From a virus (lineage: Duplodnaviria > Heunggongvirae > Uroviricota > Caudoviricetes): a stretch of 64,000 nucleotides of DNA. Positions 37,659-47,280 of the stretch are shown piece by piece. The translations under genes and the position numbers were made by a program. The notes below the pieces were generated by a model, which was not told the origin of the DNA, searched no databases, and saw nothing but the letters and a program-made list of their open reading frames with translations. The stretch lies in the IMG/VR virus record IMGVR_UViG_3300031993_000032; one strand, written 5' to 3'. Positions within the stretch are counted from its first letter, which is position 1. Each line of letters opens with the position of its first letter.

Positions 37659-38915
37659 TTATTTGACAGTTTCAATTTTGTAAATAAGTGTGCTGTTACC
37701 CATCTTGATTTCAAGATGGTTAGGGAATGCCGCAGCAATCTTTGCGTATTCAGCTTCCAAGAGTTCGCTGGCCTTGATGCCGAATTCCTTGCCTTGAGCA
37801 ATCCCCATTGACTGCACGGTATCATTGATAGCCTTGCGGTCTGGTTCATTATCCTTCAGATAGCAAGCAGCCGGAAGCTGTTCCAGCCAAGCCCTTTCGC
37901 AATAATAGTCTCTCATGAGAGCAAGCAACAGCTCATACTCACCAGAAACGAAGTTCACCAGAGACGTCCAGTACTTGCCATCGTCCGGATTCCACGCATA
38001 CACGTTACCGTATGAACGGAGCCAGTTCCACAGCTTTCGTTCATCACGTGTAGGAACAAACGCTTCCAGATTGATTTCACTGGCAGCAGTGAAGCAGATT
38101 GCCGGGAACAAGTTATCCTTGGTCAGCAATTCGTCGCATTCGATCAGCTGACACTTGACTTCGTACGGATCCAGACCGTCAAATCCTTCGATATGCCGAA
38201 GCAAGCCGTTCCAAATCAACCTATCAATGAAGTCCGGAGTATCGGCATAGTCCTTCAGTTTCAAGAATTCGGCACGGATACGTTCATTTGACACGTTTTC
38301 CAGTCGTTCTGCATTTGCACTCATGGCGCATGCAGTCTTGTTTTCAATGCTATATTCGAAGTTCACGGCGAAACGAGCGCCACGGATCATGCGGAGCGCA
38401 TCTTCTTCGAATCGCTTGTCAGGATCGCCGACAGCACGGATAATCTTGTTCTTGATATCTTCGACACCGCCATGGTAGTCGATAATTTCGCCGTCCCACG
38501 CAAGGCCGAGCGCATTGATGGTAAAGTCACGTCGAGCTGTATCTTCTTCGAAAGACTCGGTAAGCGTAATAGAGTCTGGATGACGACCGTCGCTGTATTC
38601 ACCGTCAGTACGGAAATGGGTAACCTCGAAATAGATGCCATCCCACCAGACAAGAATGGTGCCGTGTTTTTCGCCGTTGTTGTCGCATGTCTTGAAGTAT
38701 GTCTTCAAGTTATCAAGCGGCATTGACGTGGCGATATCGATGTCATGGATATCCAGCTCGTCGGTCTGGCCGAGCTGGTAACGAACAATGTCACGGACAC
38801 AGCCGCCCACGAGATAAGCCTCAGACTTGTAGGGGCCCAACTCGGTAATCTTCTTGGCTAATGCCAGACCAGCCTTCAACTGATCGTTGTTAATGTCATC
38901 CAAATTGATTTTCAT
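37659..38915 (-). CDS. cca: tRNA nucleotidyltransferase (CCA-adding enzyme / poly(A) polymerase family, head+neck only, no HD domain)
   Basis: GGCVRD, DIHDIDIAT, TARRDFTINAL and FEEDALRMIRGARFA motifs. Leaderless promoter 38923-38951. Confidence 0.8.
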   Translation of the reverse strand: MKINLDDINNDQLKAGLALAKKITELGPYKSEAYLVGGCVRDIVRYQLGQTDELDIHDIDIATSMPLDNLKTYFKTCDNNGEKHGTILVWWDGIYFEVTHFRTDGEYSDGRHPDSITLTESFEEDTARRDFTINALGLAWDGEIIDYHGGVEDIKNKIIRAVGDPDKRFEEDALRMIRGARFAVNFEYSIENKTACAMSANAERLENVSNERIRAEFLKLKDYADTPDFIDRLIWNGLLRHIEGFDGLDPYEVKCQLIECDELLTKDNLFPAICFTAASEINLEAFVPTRDERKLWNWLRSYGNVYAWNPDDGKYWTSLVNFVSGEYELLLALMRDYYCERAWLEQLPAACYLKDNEPDRKAINDTVQSMGIAQGKEFGIKASELLEAEYAKIAAAFPNHLEIKMGNSTLIYKIETVK

Positions 38916-38922
38916 GTTTTAG

Positions 38923-38951
38923 AATATAGTAATAACACTCATATCCGTCAA
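38923..38951 (-). promoter_or_regulatory. sigma-70-type promoter TTGACG-N17-TATATT with the ATG 7 nt downstream
   Basis: Read directly from the sequence. Confidence 0.6.
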
Positions 38952-38986
38952 GCGACTTTTGATATAATTTATTAAATATGCGAGAA

Positions 38987-39163
38987 AAAATCTACATGGC
39001 AATCTACATAGCGTTCGTCGTAGGCGCTTGCCATCACGTGTACGCAATAATGAAGATCCGCTGGAAGGCGGCACTCACTCGCATGCAAAGGGGAATTACT
39101 CCCGCAGTTGGATACATCCTTGAAGCGATACACAAGTGGTTGAATTCAAAATAATGGAAAAGG
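38987..39163 (+). CDS. small 58-aa hydrophobic ORF from a divergent extended -10 promoter (TGATATAAT)
   Basis: Not in the ORF track. No SD. Near-leaderless. Confidence 0.25.
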
Positions 39164-39180
39164 CTGGTCAATGACCAGCC
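39150..39180. terminator. bidirectional terminator GGCTGGTCAATGACCAGCC
   Basis: Read directly from the sequence. Confidence 0.55.
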
Positions 39181-39185
39181 TTTCG

Positions 39186-39794
39186 TTAACCGTTGCGTTC
39201 CGTCGGATCAACACCGGGAACCGGACACAGCGAACCAGGGATAGTGTGCCAAGTTCCGTGCTGGATGCCGTCGGCGACAACGGTAAACTTTTCAGTCGGC
39301 TTGTTCTCGTTCGATACGAGGAACTCCAACTTACCGTCAACGTTCTTGACGTCGAAGATACGGTAATGAGCGTTGCCACGGATAGTACGGTTCAGCGGCG
39401 ACGCCTTGATGATAAAGGTCTTCTTGTTACGGTAACGGATGAACAGCGACGAACCGTGATGTAGTCCGATGAGGTAGTCTTCATCTTCGGATTCGCTTGC
39501 CTTTGCGTCGTCCTTTTCGATTTCCTTGATACCGTTAGCCAGAGATACATGAAGCTGGTTATCGTTCGGATCCACATAGCCAAAAGTAATCTTGTGCGGA
39601 TTTTCCGTAGACACATAGATACCGACTACGGTCACTTCGGTAGGTTCCGGATATGAATAGAACGTACCGTACAAGCGATACTTGAGTTCCTTCGAGCCCT
39701 TCGTTGCAGCTATGTCAAGAGTGTACTTATGGGCAACACCATGCACCGGGCATTCGATGTGCGGCAAGTCGATAGTTTGTGCTAAATTAATCAT
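39186..39794 (-). CDS. hypothetical protein (202 aa)
   Basis: ORF 39186..39884 trimmed to Met31 (ATGA overlap with the HD gene). Terminator at 39150-39180. Confidence 0.5.
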   Translation of the reverse strand: MINLAQTIDLPHIECPVHGVAHKYTLDIAATKGSKELKYRLYGTFYSYPEPTEVTVVGIYVSTENPHKITFGYVDPNDNQLHVSLANGIKEIEKDDAKASESEDEDYLIGLHHGSSLFIRYRNKKTFIIKASPLNRTIRGNAHYRIFDVKNVDGKLEFLVSNENKPTEKFTVVADGIQHGTWHTIPGSLCPVPGVDPTERNG

Positions 39795-40573
39795 ATGGAA
39801 CCTTTGTCCTTCATGCACCTCAGTGCAGCTTTTAGAATTGAGTCTTTCTTGAGACAGCCGCCGTTGATCTGAATCTTGTGGCAAGTCTCATACAGTTCAA
39901 ACTTCTTGTTGGCGTCAGCGATTTTCTCGACTTCCGGATTAGCAATCATGTCGTTCCATGTCACCAGATGGCTAGGCATCGGATGCGACATGCAGTAGAC
40001 CACGATAGGGTTAGAATTAATCTCTTCCATGTAGTCCATCGCCGGATTGCCTTCGGCATCGATGGTGCTGTTGGAATCAGCGACGGCAAGCTTGAACACA
40101 CGGTTGATCCACGGGTGCGACACGAATGACCAGCAAGCGAACTTCTGTTTCGCTTTCGGCAAGGCGTTCGCTTGCGTATGGTTCTCTACCATCCACAGCA
40201 CGATATCCTTTTCGTGCTTCTTGAATCCGAAACTGTCAAGTACAGCTTCGGCAAGCGGCAATCCGAGCTTTTCGTGACCGGCCATGTTCTTGCCGTTGTT
40301 CTTCGCTAGCGCATCCTTCTTGCCGATATCGTGCAGCAGAGCCGCAGTGACATCCAAGTAGTCGTGCTTGTCCTTGAGGATATTCTCGATGACCATCTTG
40401 GTATGAACCCACACGTCACCTTCATGGTGATAATTAACGTGTTCGCATCCGGCCATGTACTGATCGATGAAACCGAACAGAGGATTATACTTCCGTTCAC
40501 ATTCCAGCCGATCCACCACATCTGGTGCGGTCAATATGCTATGCACATTATTGTAGGTTTCCTCGATCGTCAT
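39791..40573 (-). CDS. HD-domain phosphohydrolase
   Basis: H..HHEGDVWVHT...LLHDIGK motif. AAGAGGA RBS. Confidence 0.7.
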   Translation of the reverse strand: MTIEETYNNVHSILTAPDVVDRLECERKYNPLFGFIDQYMAGCEHVNYHHEGDVWVHTKMVIENILKDKHDYLDVTAALLHDIGKKDALAKNNGKNMAGHEKLGLPLAEAVLDSFGFKKHEKDIVLWMVENHTQANALPKAKQKFACWSFVSHPWINRVFKLAVADSNSTIDAEGNPAMDYMEEINSNPIVVYCMSHPMPSHLVTWNDMIANPEVEKIADANKKFELYETCHKIQINGGCLKKDSILKAALRCMKDKGSI

Positions 40574-40742
40574 TGTTCCTCTTTAATATCTCACGCAATT
40601 TATGCGGCCACTGACTGATTGTTTTTTCAATCCGTTTGAGCCTTCTTTCGTTTCTAATATAGCAAATGATCTTAAATATGGCAAATCCATACACCGATAC
40701 AATAGCCAAAATCACCAGAATTAATAGAATGTTCCACACCAT
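40548..40742 (-). CDS. small 64-aa TM protein
   Basis: ORF track. ATG 7 nt after a TATATT -10 (40750-40755). Overlaps the second promoter 40656-40684. Confidence 0.35.
   Translation of the reverse strand: MVWNILLILVILAIVSVYGFAIFKIICYIRNERRLKRIEKTISQWPHKLREILKRNNDDRGNLQ
40656..40684 (-). promoter_or_regulatory. sigma-70-type promoter TTGCCA-N17-TATATT upstream of the HD gene
   Basis: Read directly from the sequence. Confidence 0.5.
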
Positions 40743-40868
40743 GGCGCGAAATATAGTAAAGATTTATAACAAACTAACTTATATTTTGTTTATTTTTGCC
40801 ACGGGTTGCCAAACATACACTCATTTGCTATATTACATGGAAACTTAATCTTTAACAAGGACTATTCA

Positions 40869-42215
40869 ATGGCAGTCAAAGTCTCCGAAAAAACGATTGC
40901 GAGGGCAAAGCAGCCTTGTCGCACCGTTTGCAAGCGTCGTGCTGTCGGCGTAACGGCAAACAAGCAGTATCAGCGCAAGAACAAAGACCAGTGGTTCGTC
41001 ACGCATCTCACCAAGACCGATACTTACAAGTTCGGCATGTGTCAAGCGGTCTTCCACAAGCATCCGAACGAACGTGCCTACTGGGAATTCAAGCTCCGTT
41101 CTGATGGCGTCGACCTGACTCCGTACTACGACGAAATCAACAAGGAACTCGATCACCTTTGCACACTCAAGTTTACTGAATGGGAACTCGAAGGCATTCG
41201 CCGTGTTATGCCTTGGCTGTCCGACGACTTCATCGAATGGCTTGCCGACTTCCAGCTCAAGCGCAAGTACATCCACGTCGACTATGATGCTACTCGCAAC
41301 GGCGGTCTCCACATCTGGGCTGAAGGCCCCGCAATCCAAGTTACCTGGTTTGAAATCTATGTTCTGAAGATTATCCAGAACCTCTTCTTCGACGATCTCG
41401 AAATCGACTGGGAAGAATCCAAGAAGACACTCAACGAATCTATCGCAAAGTGGAACGCAGCTCTCCGCCGTGGCGTCAAGTTCACGATCTCTGACTTCGG
41501 TGTCCGCCGTTCCGTGTCCGACGAATGGAACGAATACATGGTTCAGACCATGATCGACTTCTGCCCCGCTTTTGTGGGCACTTCCAACGTGTACCTTGCC
41601 ATCAAGCTAGGCTGCAAGGCTATTGGTACTTTTGCCCATGAAATGTACGCACTGTATCAAGGCATTGACGACATTCCGCTTCACCTTGTGCAGAAGAAAG
41701 TTCTCGAAGACTGGTCTGACGAATTCCGTGGCGACCTCGGTATTGCGCTTTCCGACAACTTTGGCTTCAATGCATTCTTGCGTGATTTCGATAAGTATTA
41801 CGCCAAGCTGTTCGACGGTTGCCGTCACGACTCTGGCGACCCGTATGTCTGGGGCGAAATGCTTATCGCTCACTACACCAAGAACGGCATCAATTCCAAG
41901 AGCAAGGTAGGCTGCTGGTCTGACAGCCTCAACTGCGACCAGTCCATCGCTATCGCCGAACGCTTCCACACTCGTATCAACGTGGCATTCGGTATCGGCG
42001 GCTTCCTCGCTTGCAAGGTGCTCCGCTTCAAGGGTGGCATCAAGCGTGACGCTCTCCGCATGATCATGAAGCTTGTCATGTCCAACGGCAAGTACGCCGT
42101 GAAGCTCTCCGACTCTCCGGGCAAGGTCAACTGTCCTGACCCGAAGGTGATTGAACGTGCGAAGGACGCATACCATTACGAACCAATTGCAGAAAACAAG
42201 GACGCTTTGGATTAA
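40869..42215 (+). CDS. pncB: nicotinate phosphoribosyltransferase
   Basis: Collinear matches to PncB: DTYKFGMCQAVFH, FGVRRSVS...FVGTSNVYLA, GIALSDNFGFNAFLRDF, CRHDSGDPYVWGE, VKLSDSPGKVNCPD. Trimmed to Met22 after AAGGA. Confidence 0.85.
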   Translation: MAVKVSEKTIARAKQPCRTVCKRRAVGVTANKQYQRKNKDQWFVTHLTKTDTYKFGMCQAVFHKHPNERAYWEFKLRSDGVDLTPYYDEINKELDHLCTLKFTEWELEGIRRVMPWLSDDFIEWLADFQLKRKYIHVDYDATRNGGLHIWAEGPAIQVTWFEIYVLKIIQNLFFDDLEIDWEESKKTLNESIAKWNAALRRGVKFTISDFGVRRSVSDEWNEYMVQTMIDFCPAFVGTSNVYLAIKLGCKAIGTFAHEMYALYQGIDDIPLHLVQKKVLEDWSDEFRGDLGIALSDNFGFNAFLRDFDKYYAKLFDGCRHDSGDPYVWGEMLIAHYTKNGINSKSKVGCWSDSLNCDQSIAIAERFHTRINVAFGIGGFLACKVLRFKGGIKRDALRMIMKLVMSNGKYAVKLSDSPGKVNCPDPKVIERAKDAYHYEPIAENKDALD

Positions 42216-42217
42216 AG

Positions 42218-42862
42218 ATGAAAGTACTCGAACTATTTGCTGGCGAACGTTGCATTGGCAAGGCATTTGAACGTGCTGGCCATGAGGTATATTCAGTAGA
42301 CTGGGACAAAATCCATCCAAATATCGACTGGTATACAGATATTTCTAAAGTGACTGCTCAAGATATCCTTGAACGGTTTGGGCATCCGGACGTTATTTGG
42401 ATGAGTCCGGATTGCACAACGTATTCAGTCGCCGCAATTTCTTATCATCGAACCAATGTAAATGGCGAATTGCAGCCAAAAACTGAATATGCAAAATTTT
42501 GTGATGCACTTAATGTGCATTGTAATGAACTGATTAAAGAGTTAAGTCCATCGTTATGGTTTAGGGAAAATCCACGAGGTGGCATGCGCAAAATGTCATT
42601 TGTTGCTGGATTGCCTAGATATACCGTAACATACTGTCAATACGGCGATACGAGGCAAAAGCCAACAGACATTTGGACCAACCATCCGAATCCTAATTTT
42701 TTGCCACCATGTAAACCGGGTTCACCTTGCCATGAAGCGGCCCCTCGTGGCAGCCGTACCGGTACTCAAGGACGTGCTGGCCATGTTATGCGGTCATTAA
42801 TTCCAGATAATCTATGCGATCATATCGTCAAAATTTGTGAAGAATATATGGGTGTCAAATGA
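42218..42862 (+). CDS. minimal C5-cytosine-methyltransferase-like protein (214 aa; motifs I LELFAG, IV SPDC, VI FRENP; no obvious TRD)
   Basis: Motif order read by eye. Sits between pncB and nadD. Confidence 0.4.
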   Translation: MKVLELFAGERCIGKAFERAGHEVYSVDWDKIHPNIDWYTDISKVTAQDILERFGHPDVIWMSPDCTTYSVAAISYHRTNVNGELQPKTEYAKFCDALNVHCNELIKELSPSLWFRENPRGGMRKMSFVAGLPRYTVTYCQYGDTRQKPTDIWTNHPNPNFLPPCKPGSPCHEAAPRGSRTGTQGRAGHVMRSLIPDNLCDHIVKICEEYMGVK

Positions 42863-43284
42863 AGAAGGTGTACATCTACGGCGGAGCATTCGACCCGGTA
42901 ACGACTGCGCACACCGCCATTATTACCGAACTGCTCAGCCGACTCAAGAAGGAACCTGATTCCCTCTTGTACATCTTGGTTAGTGACAACGATACGAAGA
43001 ATTACAAGGTCGAATGCGAAGACCGCATGGCGATGATCGTCCATACGGTCAATTCGCTCCACAGCTTGTATTCTGACACGTCCGATTCTCCGGCTGCATA
43101 CAATCAAGGCGAACCGTCCGAAATCTTCCACCGTGTGAAGATTGTCGACGAAGTGAGCCGTACAGCTGAAGCCCTGCAGAATCTCCGCAAGGATACCAGC
43201 TTGACTGATGCTACATTCACGCTGGTTCTCGGCACTGACGAATGGCAGTCGCTGTTGACCAAACAATGGGCTGTTAACAGCTAA
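42859..43284 (+). CDS. nadD: NadD-like nicotinate/nicotinamide mononucleotide adenylyltransferase, short (141 aa; lacks the C-terminal third of canonical NadD)
   Basis: GGAFDPVTTAH nucleotidyltransferase motif. LVLGTDEWQSL block. ATGA overlap with the upstream gene. Confidence 0.55.
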   Translation: MKKVYIYGGAFDPVTTAHTAIITELLSRLKKEPDSLLYILVSDNDTKNYKVECEDRMAMIVHTVNSLHSLYSDTSDSPAAYNQGEPSEIFHRVKIVDEVSRTAEALQNLRKDTSLTDATFTLVLGTDEWQSLLTKQWAVNS

Positions 43285-43439
43285 CCTAAATTCTACCGAA
43301 TTCTACTCAAATCTACTTAGAATTATAATCAATTTGATAAGATTTTATGTTGACAATCGGCATAAAATTTTGTACATGGTTATAAACTTGTGATATAAAG
43401 GTTCGATGAATTAGTGCAATTCTTCATTGAATCCAAGTA

Positions 43440-45260
43440 AGAAAACATTTATGATGGCTCGTTTGGAGTTGAATTGCACAATAAATTCCGAACGAGCCAT
43501 GTCTGTATTGTATGAGTAAGCACTGTTGGACATTGAAGGATAGGTACGAGTCGCATTTCTCCGCTGCGTTCTATCCTATGTATTTGTCCGACACCAAGCG
43601 TGCCGAAATCATCCATCGTGCCGAGGAAATCCGTTCTGTACGGAACGATATATCCGACGTGTTCTTCTCTGATATGCTCGGCTTCCAAGACATGAGCAAG
43701 TTTGATGCATACAAGTATTTCATTCCCATATTTAATACAAGACTATGTAGTCATTACTTGAAGACGGCAATCGAGGATGTGTGGAAGGCATACCAGTTAA
43801 GATTTGGTGCCATCCGAAAGAAGATTGAGTTCGTCAAGGTAGAAGAGCTTGTGCCGTCCTTCTACAAGATCAATTCTTATGGGCATAAAAAGGGCGAACT
43901 AAAATCCATAGAACGGCATACCAAGAAGACTGAACTATCGAAAGTACTGACCTGGCTTTCCAGATATGGAAAGGACGAATCCGTTTACTGGCTAGAATCC
44001 GTTATTCCTAATGCAGAAGAAACCAAGCAAAAGTTTTACCGCACTATACTGGATAAGATAAGGAAGTTCGGATTCGACCGCCTCATGCGGTTGGCCTTAT
44101 TCCGTAGGAAAGCTGTATATGCGAAGTATATCGCACGAGGGAAGATTACCTTTGAATCTCTCACATTCTCTGGCCGCAGTCGTATTAAGCGTCCTATCGT
44201 GGATGCCAGAAGGAACGATACCGGCAAGTTCGACTACTTCATCGAGATTTCTTGGGACTGGTTCAACCGGGCATACCATGGGCCTAGTGATCATACGCTG
44301 TGCATCCCGATCAAGTACAACAAGGCATATCACAAATCATTACAAAGATACTGCAATGGACCGGATACGTCCTATACAATCGTAATTCGCGGCAAAGACA
44401 TCCACGTAGTTCTTGCCCGTGACGGCTACCGTTACAAGAGCGATGAAAAAATTACCGAGGAGAATACGGTTGGTATAGACGTCAATTCCAAGCACAATAT
44501 GTTCGCCTTGAGTAACGGGGAGTTCATTCCGCATGACGAGGAAATGATTGCTGAACTAGAAGACGAACTGCTGAAAATTGATACCAAGCAGAAGAACTAC
44601 GATGCTAGGTTCAATGACGCTGAGGAGCATGACGCATTCAAGATTTCACGTAAGGACAAGAAACGAATAGAAGCAATCACAGTGAAGCTGAACGCATCCA
44701 ACAAGCGTAGAATAGCTGCAATGTGCAAGGATCTTGCTGAACGTGGATTCAAGCACATCGTGATGGAGAACCTTACCGGGTTTCAAGGAAGCAAACTCAA
44801 TGCCGATGACAAGAAAGGATTTAACCTCGGTAGGTTGCATCTACGTATAGGATTGTCCTCGTTAAAAGACGATGTAGAACATATATCGGCACATTATGGA
44901 CTGGGATTTTCACTCGTCCAGCCAGAATATACCTCGAAGATGTGCCCGGAATGCGGTGGAATAGATGACCGTAACCGTCAGACTCAGGAAGATTTCAAGT
45001 GTGTGTACTGCTTGCATACAGACAATGCAGACCACAACAGTGCGATTAACATCAAGTTCCGCCTTACCTCGACCGTGTTAAGAGGGAACTTGCTCGAAAG
45101 GGTAGGGGATAGCGGATATAGGTACTTTCAGCCAAAGAGCTTGTTCAGGTGGCAAGTAAGGAAGTGCCTAGAAAAATGTCGTTGCAATGGTCTGTTCAAA
45201 CGGACTATAGGAAATCACGAAAGACTTACCATAAGTAAGTTTGAGTAGATTTCAGTCAAC
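43440..45260 (+). mobile_element. second, distinct IS605-family tnpB element (approximate ends); left-end inverted repeat ATGGCTCGTT/AACGAGCCAT at 43452-43500
   Basis: TnpB ORF plus the left-end hairpin. The right end must lie within a few nt of the tnpB stop, because pncA homology resumes at about 45265. Confidence 0.45.
43512..45248 (+). CDS. tnpB: large TnpB-like protein (578 aa; RuvC-I VGIDVN, RuvC-II MENL, RuvC-III NADHNSAINI, zinc finger CPECGG...CVYC)
   Basis: Motifs read by eye. Confidence 0.8.
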   Translation: MSKHCWTLKDRYESHFSAAFYPMYLSDTKRAEIIHRAEEIRSVRNDISDVFFSDMLGFQDMSKFDAYKYFIPIFNTRLCSHYLKTAIEDVWKAYQLRFGAIRKKIEFVKVEELVPSFYKINSYGHKKGELKSIERHTKKTELSKVLTWLSRYGKDESVYWLESVIPNAEETKQKFYRTILDKIRKFGFDRLMRLALFRRKAVYAKYIARGKITFESLTFSGRSRIKRPIVDARRNDTGKFDYFIEISWDWFNRAYHGPSDHTLCIPIKYNKAYHKSLQRYCNGPDTSYTIVIRGKDIHVVLARDGYRYKSDEKITEENTVGIDVNSKHNMFALSNGEFIPHDEEMIAELEDELLKIDTKQKNYDARFNDAEEHDAFKISRKDKKRIEAITVKLNASNKRRIAAMCKDLAERGFKHIVMENLTGFQGSKLNADDKKGFNLGRLHLRIGLSSLKDDVEHISAHYGLGFSLVQPEYTSKMCPECGGIDDRNRQTQEDFKCVYCLHTDNADHNSAINIKFRLTSTVLRGNLLERVGDSGYRYFQPKSLFRWQVRKCLEKCRCNGLFKRTIGNHERLTISKFE

Positions 45261-45264
45261 GGCG

Positions 45265-45543
45265 AAGTACTTCCTCAGCGACGACGCTTTCAACGCCGAT
45301 GGTTCTCTCAAGAGCCAGGAAGAGCTCGCAAAGCTCGGCAAGGAACGCATTGGCCGTATCCGCCTCGTTGGTACTTGCACCGACATCTGCGTCATTTCCA
45401 ACGCAATGATCCTCCGTGCGATGTTCAAGGATACTCCTATCGAAATCGTGGAATACGCTTGTGCCGCTACTCCTGGAGCACAGGATGCAGCAATCCTCGT
45501 CATGGAACGTTGCGGATTCACGATTATCCGTGAAGCTGCCTAA
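45265..45543 (+). pseudogene. pncA: C-terminal fragment (about 90 aa) of a nicotinamidase/isochorismatase (PncA-like), 5'-truncated at the tnpB element
   Basis: RIRLVGTCTDICVISNA...VEYACAA matches the PncA catalytic-Cys region. The ORF begins inside the tnpB 3' end. No N-terminal half was found anywhere upstream. Confidence 0.5.
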
Positions 45544-45596
45544 TATTTGATTGGGATGGAAAGAAGGCTGGCCGATTGGCCAGCCTTTCTGCGTAT

Positions 45597-45944
45597 TTAA
45601 ACAAGCGATTTCTTCTTGTACAAGTTATATGCTTCAAGAACGGCTCGCCGCAGCGTCTTGTTCTGGATTGAAGTCGCTACGGCTTCTTGAAAGCTACCCG
45701 GTTCAACTTCAGTAAACTCGAACTGGTTGTTGAGGTCGTCCAATATGGCATGCTTGACAGTGATTTCGTCACCAGATGCCGTATCGCCGTCGGCTGACGT
45801 ATACATGAGCTGTCCGATTTCGCTAAGCGACAAAGTCCCCATCGGGACATCGTAGATCTTGATGTCGACGGCGTCGCCATTTGGCTCGGCAACTAGGCCA
45901 GTTTTGTCAATCATTCGGTTCGCTGTATCTAGCAATTTGTCCAT
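45597..45944 (-). CDS. hypothetical acidic protein
   Basis: ORF track. GAGGGGG RBS. Terminator at 45555-45590. Confidence 0.55.
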   Translation of the reverse strand: MDKLLDTANRMIDKTGLVAEPNGDAVDIKIYDVPMGTLSLSEIGQLMYTSADGDTASGDEITVKHAILDDLNNQFEFTEVEPGSFQEAVATSIQNKTLRRAVLEAYNLYKKKSLV

Positions 45945-45956
45945 ATGGCCCCCTCA

Positions 45957-47246
45957 TTAGTCCTCATCAAGGATTTTGTCAGTGTCCTGGTGTCGGTTAG
46001 ATTCGCTGGTTCCCTTTTTCTTTCGTCTGCGATCGAGCCAATCCTTTGCATCTTTAATAAAGTGAGACGATTCTATGTTCTTTTTCGGGTTCGCCGTCTG
46101 GTTCAATACACCTTCTTGGTTCCAGTTATTGATTGTATTGTTCAACCAGTTAAAATATCCCTTATCTTCTGGTTTATCGTTTGGCTTACTATTAGACGTA
46201 TTATCATTTGATTGATTATCGTCTGGTTTCTTTTTTGGACCCCAGTTCATATCGTCATCGTCTGGATCGTTCGACTCCTTAGACTTCTTCTCATCAGTCT
46301 TTGTATACAGGTCTACATAAGACGCCACCAAGTCTTGCACCTTTTCCTGGACATCATTGTCATAGACATCCGGAAAGTCTTCCATTGCCTTGTCGTAGTA
46401 CTCATCTACGAGTGCATCCTTACCTTCGTCGTCAAGTTCATCGGCATTTCTCTGGCAGTACAGCTGCAAGTCGTCCTTGTAGTTATCCTGGAAGTTCTTG
46501 CGGATCTTCCGGTACAGTGCCTTCGGGTCATCCTCGTCGGACGGAGTGTCTGGATTGTTCTTCTGGTCCTGCGGATTCTGCTGCTGCTGGTCCTGCGGAT
46601 TGTTCTCGTCCGGATTGCCCTGCTTATTCTGTTCTTCCTGGGCGTTCTGCTTCTCTTCCTTTGCCTTCTGTCTTGCTTCTTTTTGCTGCTGTTTCTTCAG
46701 TTGTTTCTCTTCATAATCCGGATCTAATACAGAATCCAGCAATTTACTAAGTTGCTTGTCAATGATATCAGATCGTGCCGTACTATAGGGCGAGTTTTTC
46801 TGTGCGGCAAAAGATCTTAAATCTTGTATCCCCACTAGTTTTTTAGCCATATTACCACTAGTTTTATGGTTAATGATAGACGATAAGTTAATAGAAATAT
46901 GCTTGTCATCCGTCATTTTAGCTGGCGGTTCCGTATCCAATAAAGGATCATTCATTACAATATAATTACCAGACTTGCCTAGCAGGAATTTGTGAGAATA
47001 CGTTTCTGGCCAATACGTAGCGCAGAATAACTTATAATTTAGTTTTTCTGACTTCTCCAAGTTTTCTCTGATCTTATCTGTAATCGTGCTAGACTTGAAC
47101 TTATCATTGGTTGCATCTGTCTGCGTAGCACCGGACGTGCCAGCAGCCGCCTTATCGGCTCCAGTATCCTCCGGGGTCGCCTTCTTATTTGCTTCCATCA
47201 GGGAATTGAAGGTTCTCAGGTCTTCGTCATAGTCAAAAAACTGCAT
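45957..47246 (-). CDS. low-complexity Q/N/D/K-rich protein (429 aa), possibly a virion or ejected protein
   Basis: ORF track. Candidate promoter TTGACA-N17-ATATGA overlaps the glf stop. Confidence 0.5.
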   Translation of the reverse strand: MQFFDYDEDLRTFNSLMEANKKATPEDTGADKAAAGTSGATQTDATNDKFKSSTITDKIRENLEKSEKLNYKLFCATYWPETYSHKFLLGKSGNYIVMNDPLLDTEPPAKMTDDKHISINLSSIINHKTSGNMAKKLVGIQDLRSFAAQKNSPYSTARSDIIDKQLSKLLDSVLDPDYEEKQLKKQQQKEARQKAKEEKQNAQEEQNKQGNPDENNPQDQQQQNPQDQKNNPDTPSDEDDPKALYRKIRKNFQDNYKDDLQLYCQRNADELDDEGKDALVDEYYDKAMEDFPDVYDNDVQEKVQDLVASYVDLYTKTDEKKSKESNDPDDDDMNWGPKKKPDDNQSNDNTSNSKPNDKPEDKGYFNWLNNTINNWNQEGVLNQTANPKKNIESSHFIKDAKDWLDRRRKKKGTSESNRHQDTDKILDED

Positions 47247-47280
47247 ACGATCTCGCTTTTGGTCATATGCAGTTTATACG

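Noticed and set aside
42218-42862. Confident DNA cytosine-5 methyltransferase call
   Set aside because: Only motifs I, IV and VI are discernible. The protein is about 120 aa shorter than any characterised DNA C5-MTase and has no target-recognition domain. Annotated as MTase-like only.
46212-46750. Overlapping plus-strand ORFs of 149-171 aa inside 45957..47246
   Set aside because: They are antisense to the Q/N/D/K-rich gene and are low-complexity frame artefacts.
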